64,000 bases of DNA. Source: Candidatus Nealsonbacteria bacterium. GTDB lineage: Bacteria; Patescibacteriota; Minisyncoccia; Minisyncoccales; JANBVM01. Below, piece by piece: positions 7,227-19,781 of the stretch; position 1 is the stretch's first letter, and every line of letters starts with the position of its first letter. Both the position numbers and the translations under genes were made by a program. The stretch is from contig CP061210.1 of NCBI GenBank assembly GCA_026016225.1, forward strand, positions 2,000 through 65,999. The letters are read 5' to 3'. The notes below the pieces were generated by a model. That model was not told the origin of the DNA. It saw only the letters and a list, made by a program, of their open reading frames with translations, and made no database searches.

Positions 7227-8456
7227 TTAATATCCTTTTAATTTCTTCAAAGAACGATGTTGACGGATTTTTTCAAGGGCTTTTGCTTCAATTTGACGAA
7301 TTCTTTCACGTGTTACCCCGAATACCTGACCCACCTCTTCCAAAGTATGAGTAATCCCATCTTCTAAACCAAACCTCATTGATAGAATCTTCTGCTCTCT
7401 TGGGGTTAAATCAACTAAAATCTCTTTTAATCTCTCCCTAAGTAAAACTCGAGCTGCATCCAAAGAGGGAGAAATGGTTTTTTCGTCTTTAATGAATTCA
7501 GCTAATATTGAATCATCTTCATCATCTCCCACAGGTGTTTCTAACGATATTGTTCGCTGAGAAATTTTCATTAAGTGATGAACTTTACTAACCTCAATTC
7601 CCATTTCAGCTGCAATCTCTTCCGGTAAAGGGTCTCTGCCTAAACTTTTTAAAATCCTTTTCTTTGCCTTGTTAAATTTTGAAAGGGTTTCAACCATATG
7701 AACAGGTATTCTGATTGTCCTTGCCTGGTCAGCCAAAGCTCGGCTGATTGCTTGCCTTATCCACCAGGTAGCATAGGTGGAAAATTTATAACCTCTCCGC
7801 CAATCAAATTTCACAACGGCCCGGAAGAGACCAAGGTTTCCTTCCTGGATCAGGTCAAGGATGGTTAAGTTAGGCGACCTGCCAATGTATCTTTTAGCGA
7901 TTGAAACCACTAATCTAAGATTAGCTCTGGCTAATTTCTTTTTTGCCTCTTCATCTCCTTTTTCAATTCTTTTTGAAAGTTCTTTCTCTTGGTCTGCAGT
8001 TAAAAAGGAAACCCTACCAATCTCTTTTAAATACATTTGAACAGGATCAATTTTTCTTGCTCTACTACCAGTTTTCGTTTTCTTTTCCGGCACTAAGAAC
8101 TCTTTAACATCTTTTACTTCAATTCCTCTTTTCTCTAATTCTTCATAAAATCTTTCTAAACCTTTGATGTCTTTTTCTGCTTCGGGGAAAAAGTATAAAA
8201 TCTCAGAAACAGTAATAAAACCTCTTTCCTGACCTTTATTAATCAGTTTTTCAACTTTCTCCTCAAGAAAAACACCCTTTGAACGAGTTCTTGTAAGTCT
8301 TTTTCTCTTTTTTCCCACCAACTGGCGGGTTTTCTTTGTTCTTTTCTTTTTACCTTTTCTTACCTTTGTCTTTTTCTTTGGTTTTACTTTTGGTTTTTTC
8401 TTCTTTTTTCCCGCCAACCAGCGGTCCTCCAACCGGCGGGTTTTCTTTTTTAACAT
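7227..8456 (-). CDS. rpoD: primary RNA polymerase sigma factor RpoD, with Lys-rich N-terminal extension
   Basis: 409 aa. Regions 1.2-4.2 are clear ([58 protein letters not shown]). Follows dnaG, as in the classic operon. Confidence 0.95.
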   Translation of the reverse strand: MLKKKTRRLEDRWLAGKKKKKPKVKPKKKTKVRKGKKKRTKKTRQLVGKKRKRLTRTRSKGVFLEEKVEKLINKGQERGFITVSEILYFFPEAEKDIKGLERFYEELEKRGIEVKDVKEFLVPEKKTKTGSRARKIDPVQMYLKEIGRVSFLTADQEKELSKRIEKGDEEAKKKLARANLRLVVSIAKRYIGRSPNLTILDLIQEGNLGLFRAVVKFDWRRGYKFSTYATWWIRQAISRALADQARTIRIPVHMVETLSKFNKAKKRILKSLGRDPLPEEIAAEMGIEVSKVHHLMKISQRTISLETPVGDDEDDSILAEFIKDEKTISPSLDAARVLLRERLKEILVDLTPREQKILSMRFGLEDGITHTLEEVGQVFGVTRERIRQIEAKALEKIRQHRSLKKLKGY

Positions 8457-8465
8457 AGAGTCTAA

Positions 8466-10202
8466 TTAATTAGTAATTATTTTTTTTACCCATTGATTAA
8501 ATTTTTCAGTCAACTCTTTGATTTTTTTGGAGTCTTTTTCTTCTTCGGCTCTTTTGATTTCAAGAGAAATTTTATTTAATCTATCTTTAACTTTAAGAAA
8601 TTTTATCTCTTTTAAACAAAATTTAATTTCAGGTATTATTTTCTCTTCTTCTATTTCTTCAATATCTGCTTTTAAGCTGAGATAAGAAAGAAAATTCACT
8701 AATTCTTGAGAAAGATTTTTTTGGTTTTCAAAATTATTTAAAATACTAATAACTTCTTGGTTTTTTGATGATAAACAGGAAATAACTTCTTTATTAATAA
8801 GGTCAAAGCTTTGAGGTTCTTTTAAAATTAGACTCATTAATCTTTCTTCTAAAAGTTCTTTTCTTGTCTTTTGAAAAATCGGATTTGGAGACTCTAAAAT
8901 CGATATCTCAACATCTGAAACTCTTTCCGTTTTTATTCTTCGCAATTCTTCTACAACATCCTTCTCTGAAACATTAAGTCTTCTTGCTAATTGTTGAATC
9001 CAATGAGACTGCTCAATTTTATTGGGAATCCTTTTTATGACAGGCAGCAGAACTTTTGATATTTCTCTTTTACCTTCCGGTTTTTTTTCGTCGAATTGAC
9101 CGAATGCATTTTGGAAATAAAAATCTAAAATTGAAAGAGAGTTATCAACTAACTTTTTAAATCTTTTAGGTGCTTTTGATAAAACATCTGCAGGGTCGTT
9201 ATCTTCGGGAAGCTTTACTACTTTTAGATTAAAACCTTTTGACTGAGCTAAATCTATTCCTCTTTTCGTAGCTTTATCTCCTGCAAAATCCATATCAAAA
9301 GCTAAAAATAAATTATCAGAATATCTTTTGAGAATACTTAATTGATAGTTGCTTAAAGCAGTACCTGAAGTAGCGACCGTATTTATCAACTCTGATTGAT
9401 GAGCCATAACTACATCTACATAACCTTCAACTAAAATACAAAAATCTTTCTTTCTTATTTCTACTTTTGCTTTATCTAAGCCATATAAAATTTTACTTTT
9501 GTCGTACAAAATGGTATTAGGGGTATTGACATATTTAGCAATCTTTTCTGATTTTTGTAATACTCTACCTCCAAAGCCAATTACCTGAGAGTTAAAATCA
9601 AAGACCGGAAACATAATCCTTGCCCTGAAACGGTCGTAATACTTGCCTCTTTCATTTCTTATTACCAACCCAGTTTTCTCAACTTCTTCTTTTTTGTAGT
9701 TTTCTGAAACCAAAAAATTAGTTAATCCCTGCCAGCTATCTGGAGCCCAACCTAATCTCCATTTTTTAACTGATTCCTCGCTTATCCCCCTCTTTAAAAG
9801 ATAGTCTTTTGCCTTTTTTCCTTTTGAACTATTCCCTAATTGTTTTTCAAAAAATTTAGTTGACAATTCACAAATTTCATACAGTCTTTGTCTTTTAGTC
9901 CGCAATTCTGGTCTTATTGGTTTTAATTCAACGCCAGCTTTTTGAGCTAACATCCTTAGAGCATCACCAAATTCTACACCTTCTATTTTCATTACAAAAT
10001 CAAAGATACTATGCCCTTCGTTACACCCAAAACAATGCCATATTTGTCTGGCAGGAGAAACAAAAAAAGAAGGAGTTTTCTCAGAATGAAAAGGACATAA
10101 AGCTCTATAACTTGCTCCTGCTTTTTTTAGTTGGATATAAGAACCAATAACCTCAACTATATCAAGTTTTGATTTTATTTCCTCAATTGGAGAATTAAAC
10201 AT
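8466..10202 (-). CDS. dnaG: DNA primase DnaG
   Basis: 578 aa. Zinc ribbon CPFHSEKTPSFFVSPARQIWHCFGC and TOPRIM region EGYVDVV... Confidence 0.95.
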   Translation of the reverse strand: MFNSPIEEIKSKLDIVEVIGSYIQLKKAGASYRALCPFHSEKTPSFFVSPARQIWHCFGCNEGHSIFDFVMKIEGVEFGDALRMLAQKAGVELKPIRPELRTKRQRLYEICELSTKFFEKQLGNSSKGKKAKDYLLKRGISEESVKKWRLGWAPDSWQGLTNFLVSENYKKEEVEKTGLVIRNERGKYYDRFRARIMFPVFDFNSQVIGFGGRVLQKSEKIAKYVNTPNTILYDKSKILYGLDKAKVEIRKKDFCILVEGYVDVVMAHQSELINTVATSGTALSNYQLSILKRYSDNLFLAFDMDFAGDKATKRGIDLAQSKGFNLKVVKLPEDNDPADVLSKAPKRFKKLVDNSLSILDFYFQNAFGQFDEKKPEGKREISKVLLPVIKRIPNKIEQSHWIQQLARRLNVSEKDVVEELRRIKTERVSDVEISILESPNPIFQKTRKELLEERLMSLILKEPQSFDLINKEVISCLSSKNQEVISILNNFENQKNLSQELVNFLSYLSLKADIEEIEEEKIIPEIKFCLKEIKFLKVKDRLNKISLEIKRAEEEKDSKKIKELTEKFNQWVKKIITN

Positions 10203-10265
10203 AATAATGTTCTTGCTCGATAAATTAGCTTTCCCGTGCTATAGTAAATCTATTGTCAGAACCTT

Positions 10266-10372
10266 GTAATGTTTCGCATTAAGGCAAACCAGTCGTTTCA
10301 CTCCTCATTCATTGCGAAGCAATGACAAGGAGGGGCATAGCCCCGACTGGTTCCGTAATGCTTCGCATTTTA
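10266..10372 (+). repeat. GCGAAGC-hairpin repeat family, extended palindromic copy E
   Basis: TAATG-TTTCG-CATTA, then GCAAACCAGTCG...CATTGC-GAA-GCAATG...CGACTGGTT, then TAATGC-TTC-GCATT. Lies in the divergent dnaG/glgA intergenic region. Confidence 0.6.
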
Positions 10373-10442
10373 GACATTAGCAAAATTTTAACTAAAAAAC
10401 AAGGAAATTACGTTTTGAGTTCAATAAACTTGTATTTAAAAT

Positions 10443-11951
10443 ATGGAAATTAACCAATTGAAAAAATTTCTTCCATCAAAAAAACTAAAAATCTTATTTG
10501 TCGCCTCTGAGGCAGCTCCCTTTGCTAAAGCAGGAGGGTTAGGAGATGTTTTGTATTCTCTTCCTTTAGCTTTGAGAAAGTTAGGTCACGATGCAAGAAT
10601 AATGATTCCTCGTTATGGGACAATAGACCCTAAAAAGTATAACTTAAAAATAGAAATAAAGGGATTAAAAGTGCCTACTGACCAACCAAAATATTGTCCA
10701 ACTCTAATTTGTAATGTCAAAAAATATATTGGCAAAAATGCTGTTCCTGCTTATTTTTTGGAAAATATGGAATATTATGAAAAAAGAGCTAATGTCTATG
10801 GATATTCTGACGACCAGATAAGATGGGCTCTTTTATCTCGAGGAGCAATAGAGTTTTTAAAACATTCTTCCTGGGTGCCTGACGTAATTGTTGCTTCTGA
10901 TTGGCAAACAGGCCTTATTCCTAATTATATAAAGACTGTTTATAAAAAAGATTCTGTTGTTTCAAAAATCCCGGTTGTGTTTGCTATTCATAATCTTCGC
11001 TATCAAGGAATGTGTGATTTTCGCTTTGTCCAAGAAACTGAACGTGATTCAGGCAGAGAGCCAATTCCTGATTTTTTCAATCCTCGCCTGGCAAAATTAA
11101 ATTGGACGTTAAGGGGAATTATGTATAGTAATTCTATTATTGTTGTTTCCCCTACTTACGCTAAAGAAATATTGACCCCGGAATACGGAGAAGGTCTGGA
11201 GAAAATACTCTCTGAAAAACAACATAAAATTTATGGAATTTTAAATGGAATTAATTATAAAAAATATAATCCAGAAACATCTCCTCATATCCCCGTACAT
11301 TACAATATAAGGACTATTACGAGAAAAAAAAAGAATAAAATTCACCTTCAAAAAAGATTAGGACTACCCCAAAATCCAGAGGTTTTTGTGATAGGAATTG
11401 TCTCTCGCCTCACTGACCAAAAAGGATTTGATTTGTTAGGAAACATTATAAAACCCTTATTCAAAAATTTATCTTTTCAGCTTGTGATTTTAGGAGACGG
11501 AGACCCGCGATATAAAGAAATGATTCAGAAAGGAAAAGAGCGATTTCCTGAAAAAATTGGTTATTTTTTTGGCTTTGATGTCTCTCTACCACATTTGGTT
11601 TTTGCAGGAGCTGACGCTATCTTAATTCCGTCCAAGTTTGAACCCTGCGGAATAGTTCAAATGCAGGCAATGAGATTTGGCTGTATTCCTATTGTCAGAA
11701 AAACGGGGGGGTTAGCCGATACAGTAGAAGATTTTAATCCTAAAAAAAGAAAGGGTGATGGCTTTGTCTTTGAAGAGTATGATTCTTGGTCATTATTTAC
11801 AACTATTGTCAGGGCTAAAACTTCCTTTGAGTTTAAAAATATATGGGAAAAATTAATAAGAAAGGTGATGAAAAAAGATTTTTCCTGGGAAAAATCAGCT
11901 AAAAAGTATCTGAAAGTTCTTTCTCAGTTGGTTGAAAAAAATCGCAAATAA
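10443..11951 (+). CDS. glgA: glycogen/starch synthase (GT5), paralogue 1
   Basis: 502 aa. N-terminal KILFVASEAAPFAKAGGLGDV and C-terminal PSKFEPCGIVQMQAMRFG motifs. Confidence 0.9.
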   Translation: MEINQLKKFLPSKKLKILFVASEAAPFAKAGGLGDVLYSLPLALRKLGHDARIMIPRYGTIDPKKYNLKIEIKGLKVPTDQPKYCPTLICNVKKYIGKNAVPAYFLENMEYYEKRANVYGYSDDQIRWALLSRGAIEFLKHSSWVPDVIVASDWQTGLIPNYIKTVYKKDSVVSKIPVVFAIHNLRYQGMCDFRFVQETERDSGREPIPDFFNPRLAKLNWTLRGIMYSNSIIVVSPTYAKEILTPEYGEGLEKILSEKQHKIYGILNGINYKKYNPETSPHIPVHYNIRTITRKKKNKIHLQKRLGLPQNPEVFVIGIVSRLTDQKGFDLLGNIIKPLFKNLSFQLVILGDGDPRYKEMIQKGKERFPEKIGYFFGFDVSLPHLVFAGADAILIPSKFEPCGIVQMQAMRFGCIPIVRKTGGLADTVEDFNPKKRKGDGFVFEEYDSWSLFTTIVRAKTSFEFKNIWEKLIRKVMKKDFSWEKSAKKYLKVLSQLVEKNRK

Positions 11952-11954
11952 ACT

Positions 11955-13439
11955 ATGTACTGGGTTAATTTTCTACATATCTATCAGCCAATATATCAAT
12001 CAAAAGAAATTCTCGATAGGGTGGTCAATGAATCCTACAGGCCTTTATTCAAAGGTCTTTTAAAAATTCCCGGAATAAAAATCAACCTCAATATTAACGC
12101 TTCCTTAACTGAAATTTTAATAAAAGAAGGATATGGAGACGTTATAAAAAATATTAAAAGATTAGCCAGAGCAAAAAAATTAGAATTCACTGAAAGCGCT
12201 AAATATCATCCCTTATTGCCTTTTTTAAAAAAGAAAGAAATAATCCGCCAAATCCAAAAAAATAATAAGGATAACAAAAAATACTTTGGTAATGTTTATA
12301 ACCCGGTTTGTTTCTTTCCGCCAGAAATGGCTTATAGTTCTCTTGTCGGAAAAACCGTCTCTCGCTTAGGTTATAAAATGATTATTTTAGATGACATCTC
12401 TTATAATGGTGGAAAAAATTATTCTCCGAAAGATAAATTATTTACCGTAAAAGGAACAGGTGGTTTAATTGCTGTTTTCCGAGAAAGAAGGGTTTCTAAT
12501 TGCATTATGAGTGCTGTTATAAGGAATAAAAAAGAATTTATTGATTTAGTAAAAGAAGAATTAAAAGAAAATAAATATCTCTGTACGGCAGTGGATGGAG
12601 AAACCTTTGGACATCACAGACCCGGCTTAGAAAAATTCCTTTTCAAAATTGTTGAATGTAAAAAACCAAAGCAAATCTTTTTTTCCGAACTTCCAAAATA
12701 TTTTAAGCTAAAAGGAGAAATCAGTCCCGTTAAAGCAACCTGGGCTTCCGCACAAGAAGATATAATAAAAGGTGTCCAATTTTATTCCTGGAAGGACCCA
12801 AAAAATAAAGTACATCAGCTTCAATGGAGATTTTTAAATTATCTCATTAAACTTTCAAAAACAAAGAAGTGCAGTCCAAAAATCCAAGACAAATTAGATA
12901 GAACCATGGCTTCTGATCAGTTTTTTTGGGCTTCGGGTGAGCCTTGGTGGAGTATTGAAATGATTGAAAAGGAGGCTTTGTCAATGCTAAAGACTCTAAA
13001 GTCATTACCTTCTGTTACGAGAAACCAAATTCAAAAAGGCAAAGATTATTATAAAGAGATTCTTTCTACTGCTTTCTGGTGGCAAAGAAGTGGAAAAATT
13101 GAAGCTTTAGCGAAAAAATATAAAGAGGCGGTAAAAATTCCTTTCAAAGAAAGAACATTAGGACAGGGGAAACCCGAAGTTTATTATGCTTTTCTTGAGC
13201 TAATGAGAAGAAAAATGCAAACAGCAGCAAAAAAGAAGAATTTTGAAAGAGCAATTCTTTGGAGAGATGCTATTTGGAAGTTAGAAACAAAAAACGATAT
13301 ATACGATGCTCTTCATGCCGTTGACCTTTTAAGATTAGAAGTGCCGGATCCTCAATTAAAAAAAATAATGGACAGATATAAGGAAAAGTATAAAAAAATT
13401 AAACCGGGACAGCCGGAATCAAGAAGAGCAATACATTAA
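11955..13439 (+). CDS. glycoside hydrolase family 57 protein with C-terminal UVR-like helix
   Basis: 494 aa. N-terminal WVNFLHIYQP and DGETFGHH resemble GH57 catalytic segments. FERAILWRDAIWKLE resembles a UVR motif. Confidence 0.65.
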   Translation: MYWVNFLHIYQPIYQSKEILDRVVNESYRPLFKGLLKIPGIKINLNINASLTEILIKEGYGDVIKNIKRLARAKKLEFTESAKYHPLLPFLKKKEIIRQIQKNNKDNKKYFGNVYNPVCFFPPEMAYSSLVGKTVSRLGYKMIILDDISYNGGKNYSPKDKLFTVKGTGGLIAVFRERRVSNCIMSAVIRNKKEFIDLVKEELKENKYLCTAVDGETFGHHRPGLEKFLFKIVECKKPKQIFFSELPKYFKLKGEISPVKATWASAQEDIIKGVQFYSWKDPKNKVHQLQWRFLNYLIKLSKTKKCSPKIQDKLDRTMASDQFFWASGEPWWSIEMIEKEALSMLKTLKSLPSVTRNQIQKGKDYYKEILSTAFWWQRSGKIEALAKKYKEAVKIPFKERTLGQGKPEVYYAFLELMRRKMQTAAKKKNFERAILWRDAIWKLETKNDIYDALHAVDLLRLEVPDPQLKKIMDRYKEKYKKIKPGQPESRRAIH

Positions 13440-13456
13440 TTGAATTTAGAATATAA

Positions 13457-14482
13457 ATGCAAATTTTAAATTTATTAGACAGAAAATGGGTTGAAAAATT
13501 CCTTCAAAACCGTTTTCACAAATATTTTCCCAAAGCAGAAAAGTTGATAGATTTTAAGATTAAGACTTTAAAAATATTTTTAGATCACCAACGAATAAGT
13601 ACCAGATACAATCTGGTTTTGTCTTATAGAAATAAAAATTTAAAAAAATCAATAATTGTTAAGGCGGAAAAAAAACCGAATTTTGATGAAGGGATTTCTA
13701 GAATAAAAACAGATTATTTAGCCAATCTCATTTTAACGAATCAAGGACTGAACTACCTTATTCCCCGTGCCTTAGAATATTATCAACCCTTGGGGGCTTT
13801 TTTTTATGAACCAATTGAAGGTACTTGTCTTAAACAACTAAGTATTGAACACCGCGGAGAGGAATTCCTAAAATTTATCCCAGAAGTTGCTACGTCTCTT
13901 AAAAAAATACATCTGGTTAAAAACCACCAACAAATAATCTTACGGAACCAAGCTTGGGAAAAAAGACAGTATAAAAACTATTTATGTTTAATGGAAAAAT
14001 ATTATCCTTTCGGTCTCGATCGTTTTAAGAAATTAATCCAATACTGTAAAAACTTTAGAATAAAAAATAAAAATGATTTCTCCGTCAAAAACTATTGTCT
14101 GACTCACGGAGATCTTCACAGCGGTAATATTTTTATAAGTAAGCGGCAAATAAGATTTTTAGATTTTTCCGAGGCTAGACTTTACGATCCCCTTAGTGAC
14201 TTAGGTTGCTTTTTTATGCATACTGAATTGATGCTTGAATATGACTTCCACGCAAACTACCAAGAAATGATTAATAAAGTCAAAAATTTATTCTATCAAA
14301 ATTATTTTACGCGCCCCCCAACCAACCCAGAGAAAAATAGGGTCTATTATTACTCGCTTCATACTCTATTCAAAATTATCGGTTATGCTGCTCTAAATGA
14401 AAACAGTGATAGGAAATTAATAGAATCGAACAAATTACTAGAAAAATTAATTAAAATTGGAGAAGAAAAAATAAATCTTTAA
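13457..14482 (+). CDS. aminoglycoside-phosphotransferase-fold kinase (possible sugar/maltose kinase)
   Basis: 341 aa. Catalytic loop LTHGDLHSGNIF and FLDFSEA (DFG-like), embedded in the glycogen gene cluster. Confidence 0.55.
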   Translation: MQILNLLDRKWVEKFLQNRFHKYFPKAEKLIDFKIKTLKIFLDHQRISTRYNLVLSYRNKNLKKSIIVKAEKKPNFDEGISRIKTDYLANLILTNQGLNYLIPRALEYYQPLGAFFYEPIEGTCLKQLSIEHRGEEFLKFIPEVATSLKKIHLVKNHQQIILRNQAWEKRQYKNYLCLMEKYYPFGLDRFKKLIQYCKNFRIKNKNDFSVKNYCLTHGDLHSGNIFISKRQIRFLDFSEARLYDPLSDLGCFFMHTELMLEYDFHANYQEMINKVKNLFYQNYFTRPPTNPEKNRVYYYSLHTLFKIIGYAALNENSDRKLIESNKLLEKLIKIGEEKINL

Positions 14483-14487
14483 AAAAT

Positions 14488-15903
14488 ATGAAAATCTTAT
14501 TAGTTGGTTCAGAATGCGCCCCAGTGGCGAAAGTAGGAGGATTAGCAGATGTGGTAGGATCCCTACCAAAAGCTCTTAAATCACTAAGGGTAGATGTTTC
14601 TGTGATTCTCCCTTTTTATAAGGTAGTTAAGATTAAAAAAAGCAAATTAAGACTAGTAAAAAGGAGAATTCCTGTCTTTTTTAACCAAAAAGAAGAAAGT
14701 TTTAATCTGTGGAAAACATTTTTACCTAAAAGTCGGGTCCCTCTTTTATTGGTAGAGAATAATAAGTACTTTTTCGGTAAAGGGGTTTATGTAGAGAGCG
14801 ATGCTTCTTCAGGGGGAAGCGAAAAGGAAGCGGCCCGTTTTCTTTTTCTCTCTACAGCAAGTATTGAAATTGCCAAGATGATGAAAGCTGACATTCTTCA
14901 TTGTCAGGACTGGCATACAGCTTTAATTCCTTATTTAATTAAAAAAGAGAGTTATAAGATAAAAACCCTTTTAACCATTCATAATTTAGGATATCAGGGG
15001 ATATATAAAAGCAAGGCGGTAAATAAACTCTTGGGAACAAGATTCCCTGGAAAACAAGTGAATTGTCTTAAGCTTGGAATCTTAACTGCAGATTTTATAA
15101 ACACGGTCAGTCCCAGTTATGCAAAAGAAATTTTAACCAGAAAATACGGAGCTGGACTTCAAAAATACCTCAAAAGAAGAAAAAAACACTTAATAGGAAT
15201 AGTAAATGGTTTAGATTTGGAGGTTTTTAATCCTAAAACTGATCCCTTTTTAAAGAAAAGATATTCTTGGAAAAATATAAAAGACAAAAGTTATAATAAG
15301 ATTTATTTACAGAAAAAATGCTTTAAAAAAGCAAATCTTAAAATACCAATCTTAGGGATTGTTTCCAGATTAGCAGACCAAAAGGGATTCGATTTAATAA
15401 AAGGCATCTTCAGATACCTAATAAAAGAAGAACTTCAATTTATTCTTCTTGGAAAAGGTTCAAAAAAATACGAAAAGTTTTTTCAACAGTCTGTTAAGCG
15501 CTTTCCAGAAAAATGTTGCGTTAAAATCGGTTTTGATGAAAAATTAGCCCATCAAATTTATGGAGGAGCAGATATGTTTTTAATGCCATCTTTTTTTGAA
15601 CCCTGTGGCTTGGGTCAACAAATAGCAATGAAATACGGGACCGTCCCTGTTGCAAGAGCAGTCGGAGGAATAAAGAATACGGTTTTTCCTGTAAAAATTA
15701 AGCGAAACAGAATAAAAGGAAATGGTTTTTTGTTTAATAGATATAGTCAAAAAGACCTTTTTGAATCAATTAAAAAAGCTTTAGGTTTTTATGAAAAAAA
15801 AGATATCTGGAAACAAATACAAATCAATGGAATGAAACAAGACTTTTCCTGGAAAAAATCAGCAAAAAAATATAAATCTTTATACAAAAAAATATTAGAT
15901 TAA
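14488..15903 (+). CDS. glgA: glycogen/starch synthase (GT5), paralogue 2
   Basis: 471 aa. KILLVGSECAPVAKVGGLADV and PSFFEPCGLGQQIAMKYG motifs. Confidence 0.9.
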   Translation: MKILLVGSECAPVAKVGGLADVVGSLPKALKSLRVDVSVILPFYKVVKIKKSKLRLVKRRIPVFFNQKEESFNLWKTFLPKSRVPLLLVENNKYFFGKGVYVESDASSGGSEKEAARFLFLSTASIEIAKMMKADILHCQDWHTALIPYLIKKESYKIKTLLTIHNLGYQGIYKSKAVNKLLGTRFPGKQVNCLKLGILTADFINTVSPSYAKEILTRKYGAGLQKYLKRRKKHLIGIVNGLDLEVFNPKTDPFLKKRYSWKNIKDKSYNKIYLQKKCFKKANLKIPILGIVSRLADQKGFDLIKGIFRYLIKEELQFILLGKGSKKYEKFFQQSVKRFPEKCCVKIGFDEKLAHQIYGGADMFLMPSFFEPCGLGQQIAMKYGTVPVARAVGGIKNTVFPVKIKRNRIKGNGFLFNRYSQKDLFESIKKALGFYEKKDIWKQIQINGMKQDFSWKKSAKKYKSLYKKILD

Positions 15904-15920
15904 GATAGATTTTTATTTAA

Positions 15921-15949
15921 AATCCCTGACCGAAAGCAGGGATTTTTTA
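15921..15949 (+). terminator. intrinsic terminator after glgA-2
   Basis: ATCCCTG-accgaaag-CAGGGAT followed by TTTTT. Confidence 0.7.
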
Positions 15950-15977
15950 ATCTGACAGAAATAATTAACAACTGTGA

Positions 15978-16066
15978 TGGCGGAGAGGACAGGACTCGAA
16001 CCTGCAAACCCCGTAAGGGGTCCTGGTTCTCCAAACCAGTGCCTTAGCCATTCGGCGCACCTCTCC
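15978..16066 (-). tRNA. tRNA-Ser(GGA), long variable arm, CCA encoded
   Basis: Minus strand GGAGAGG TG ... CTGGT TTGGAGA ACCAG, variable arm GACCCCTTACGGGGTTT, then GCAGG TTCGAGT CCTGC CCTCTCC G CCA. Confidence 0.9.
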
Positions 16067-16098
16067 AGAATTTGGATATTTAGCCTTAGAAATTTATT

Positions 16099-17019
16099 TT
16101 AAACCTCCATACCCCTTAAGGCCTTTATTCTTTCTTCCACCGGAGGATGAGTAGAAAACAGTTTTGTCAGCCAGTTTTTTTGTTTAAAAGGATTAACAAT
16201 ATATAAATGAGCAGTAGAATTATCTATCTTTTTGAAGGGGGCTGGGTCTTGAGAAATCTTTTCTAAAGCCCTTGCTAATCCCTCAGGGTATCTTGTTAAG
16301 AGAGATCCTGTAGCATCAGCTAAAAACTCCCTCTTTCTCGAAATTGCCAATCTGATTAAAGAAGCTATAACTGGAGCTAAGACAGCTCCAATAATACCCA
16401 AAAATATAAAGATTACACCCAAACCTCTTGATTCTCTTTCTCTCCTCCCGCCCCTGTTCAAATAACTAAATCTCAAAAACATTCTCGAGAGTAAAGCTAC
16501 AACCCCCACTAAAACTACCAACACGGTACCTAAAAGCATATCTTTATTTCCAATATGAGCTAATTCATGAGCAATAACGCCTTCTAATTCTGTTCTTTCC
16601 AATTTCTCTAAAAGCCCTCTGGTAACAGCAATGACTGCGTGTTTTTCATCCCTGCCCGTGGCAAAAGCATTAGGTTGTGCTTCATTGATTATATAAATTT
16701 TAGGCAGAGATAAGCCAGCTGTAATAGAAACATTTTCAACCAGTCGGTAGAGTTCTGGATTATCTCTCTTTTTAATTTCACGAGCACCAACCATTGCCAG
16801 CACAATTTTATCTGAATACCAATAACCAACAAAACTTTGAATAGTACTCAAAAATATTGCTAAAATTAAAAAGGTGTTATCGTTCAACAGATAACTGAAA
16901 AACCAGCCTAAAAAAATAATAAATACCAAAAACGATATCAGTAAAATCCATGTTTTGCGGATATTGAAATCTGCTTGGGTATATAAAGTTGCCATAACTT
17001 TCAAAATTCCAAATCTCAA
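16099..17019 (-). CDS. htpX: zinc metalloprotease HtpX (M48)
   Basis: 306 aa. HEXXH (AHELAHI), four TM segments, C-terminal STHPPVEERI. The true start may be Met9 at 16995. Confidence 0.9.
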   Translation of the reverse strand: MRFGILKVMATLYTQADFNIRKTWILLISFLVFIIFLGWFFSYLLNDNTFLILAIFLSTIQSFVGYWYSDKIVLAMVGAREIKKRDNPELYRLVENVSITAGLSLPKIYIINEAQPNAFATGRDEKHAVIAVTRGLLEKLERTELEGVIAHELAHIGNKDMLLGTVLVVLVGVVALLSRMFLRFSYLNRGGRRERESRGLGVIFIFLGIIGAVLAPVIASLIRLAISRKREFLADATGSLLTRYPEGLARALEKISQDPAPFKKIDNSTAHLYIVNPFKQKNWLTKLFSTHPPVEERIKALRGMEV

Positions 17020-17041
17020 ATTCCAAGTTCAGTTTTAAACT

Positions 17042-17593
17042 TTAAAACTTAACCTTTGGTGCTTCTCTCTCTTCGGCTTCTGTTAATTCAAAGAGTTCCA
17101 TCTTTTTAAATCCCAAAAGCGAAGCTATAAGATTTGCCGGGAAGCTCTCAATCTTGATACTCAAATCTCTAACGTTGCTGTTGTAAAATCTCCTGGCAGC
17201 TTGAACCTTATCTTCTGTATCTCTAAGTTCTCTCTGGAGCTCTAAAAAGTTCTGAGAAGCTTTTAAATCAGGATAACTTTCAGAAACTGCAAAAAGAGTT
17301 TTTAAGGTCTGGGAAAGAGCATTTTCTGCCTCTTGTTTTTCTTTCACACCCGCAGCACCCATTGCTCTTGCTCTGGCTGTAGTAACCTTTTCAAAGACTT
17401 CTTTTTCATGGGTTGCATATCCTTTTACTGTTTCTACTAAATTTGGAATTAAATTATATCTTCTTTTTAACTGAACATCTATATCAGCCCAAGCCTCTTT
17501 TGCTCTATTTTTGAGTCTTACCAAACCATTGTAAATAAGAACAATCCAAAAGAAAACTAAAACTAATATTGCTAAAATAACTCTATAAAACAT
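17042..17593 (-). CDS. lemA: LemA family protein
   Basis: 183 aa. N-terminal TM plus YNGLVRLKNRAKEAWADIDVQLKRRYNLIPNLV, typical of LemA. Confidence 0.9.
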   Translation of the reverse strand: MFYRVILAILVLVFFWIVLIYNGLVRLKNRAKEAWADIDVQLKRRYNLIPNLVETVKGYATHEKEVFEKVTTARARAMGAAGVKEKQEAENALSQTLKTLFAVSESYPDLKASQNFLELQRELRDTEDKVQAARRFYNSNVRDLSIKIESFPANLIASLLGFKKMELFELTEAEEREAPKVKF

Positions 17594-17671
17594 TTTGATG
17601 ATTAGTGTTTAAGGTCCTTAATAAGTATAATCGACCTTTTATAGTTCATATTATACCTTAGTTTTACCTTT

Positions 17672-17718
17672 AAGCAAACCGGTCGCTTCGCTCCCTGTAA
17701 TTACTGCGCAATTAAGAA
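17672..17718 (+). repeat. GCGAAGC-hairpin repeat family, copy A
   Basis: AAGCAAACCGGTCGCTTCGCTCCCTGTAATTACTGCGCAATTAAGAA, between lemA and groEL. Confidence 0.6.
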
Positions 17719-17773
17719 TTAAAGCCCCCACAAAAAATAGTGGAGGCTAAAATGTCTAATCTGACAAAACAGA

Positions 17774-19761
<1,988 letters not shown>

Positions 19762-19781
19762 TGTTCTTTGTTTTTTTTATT

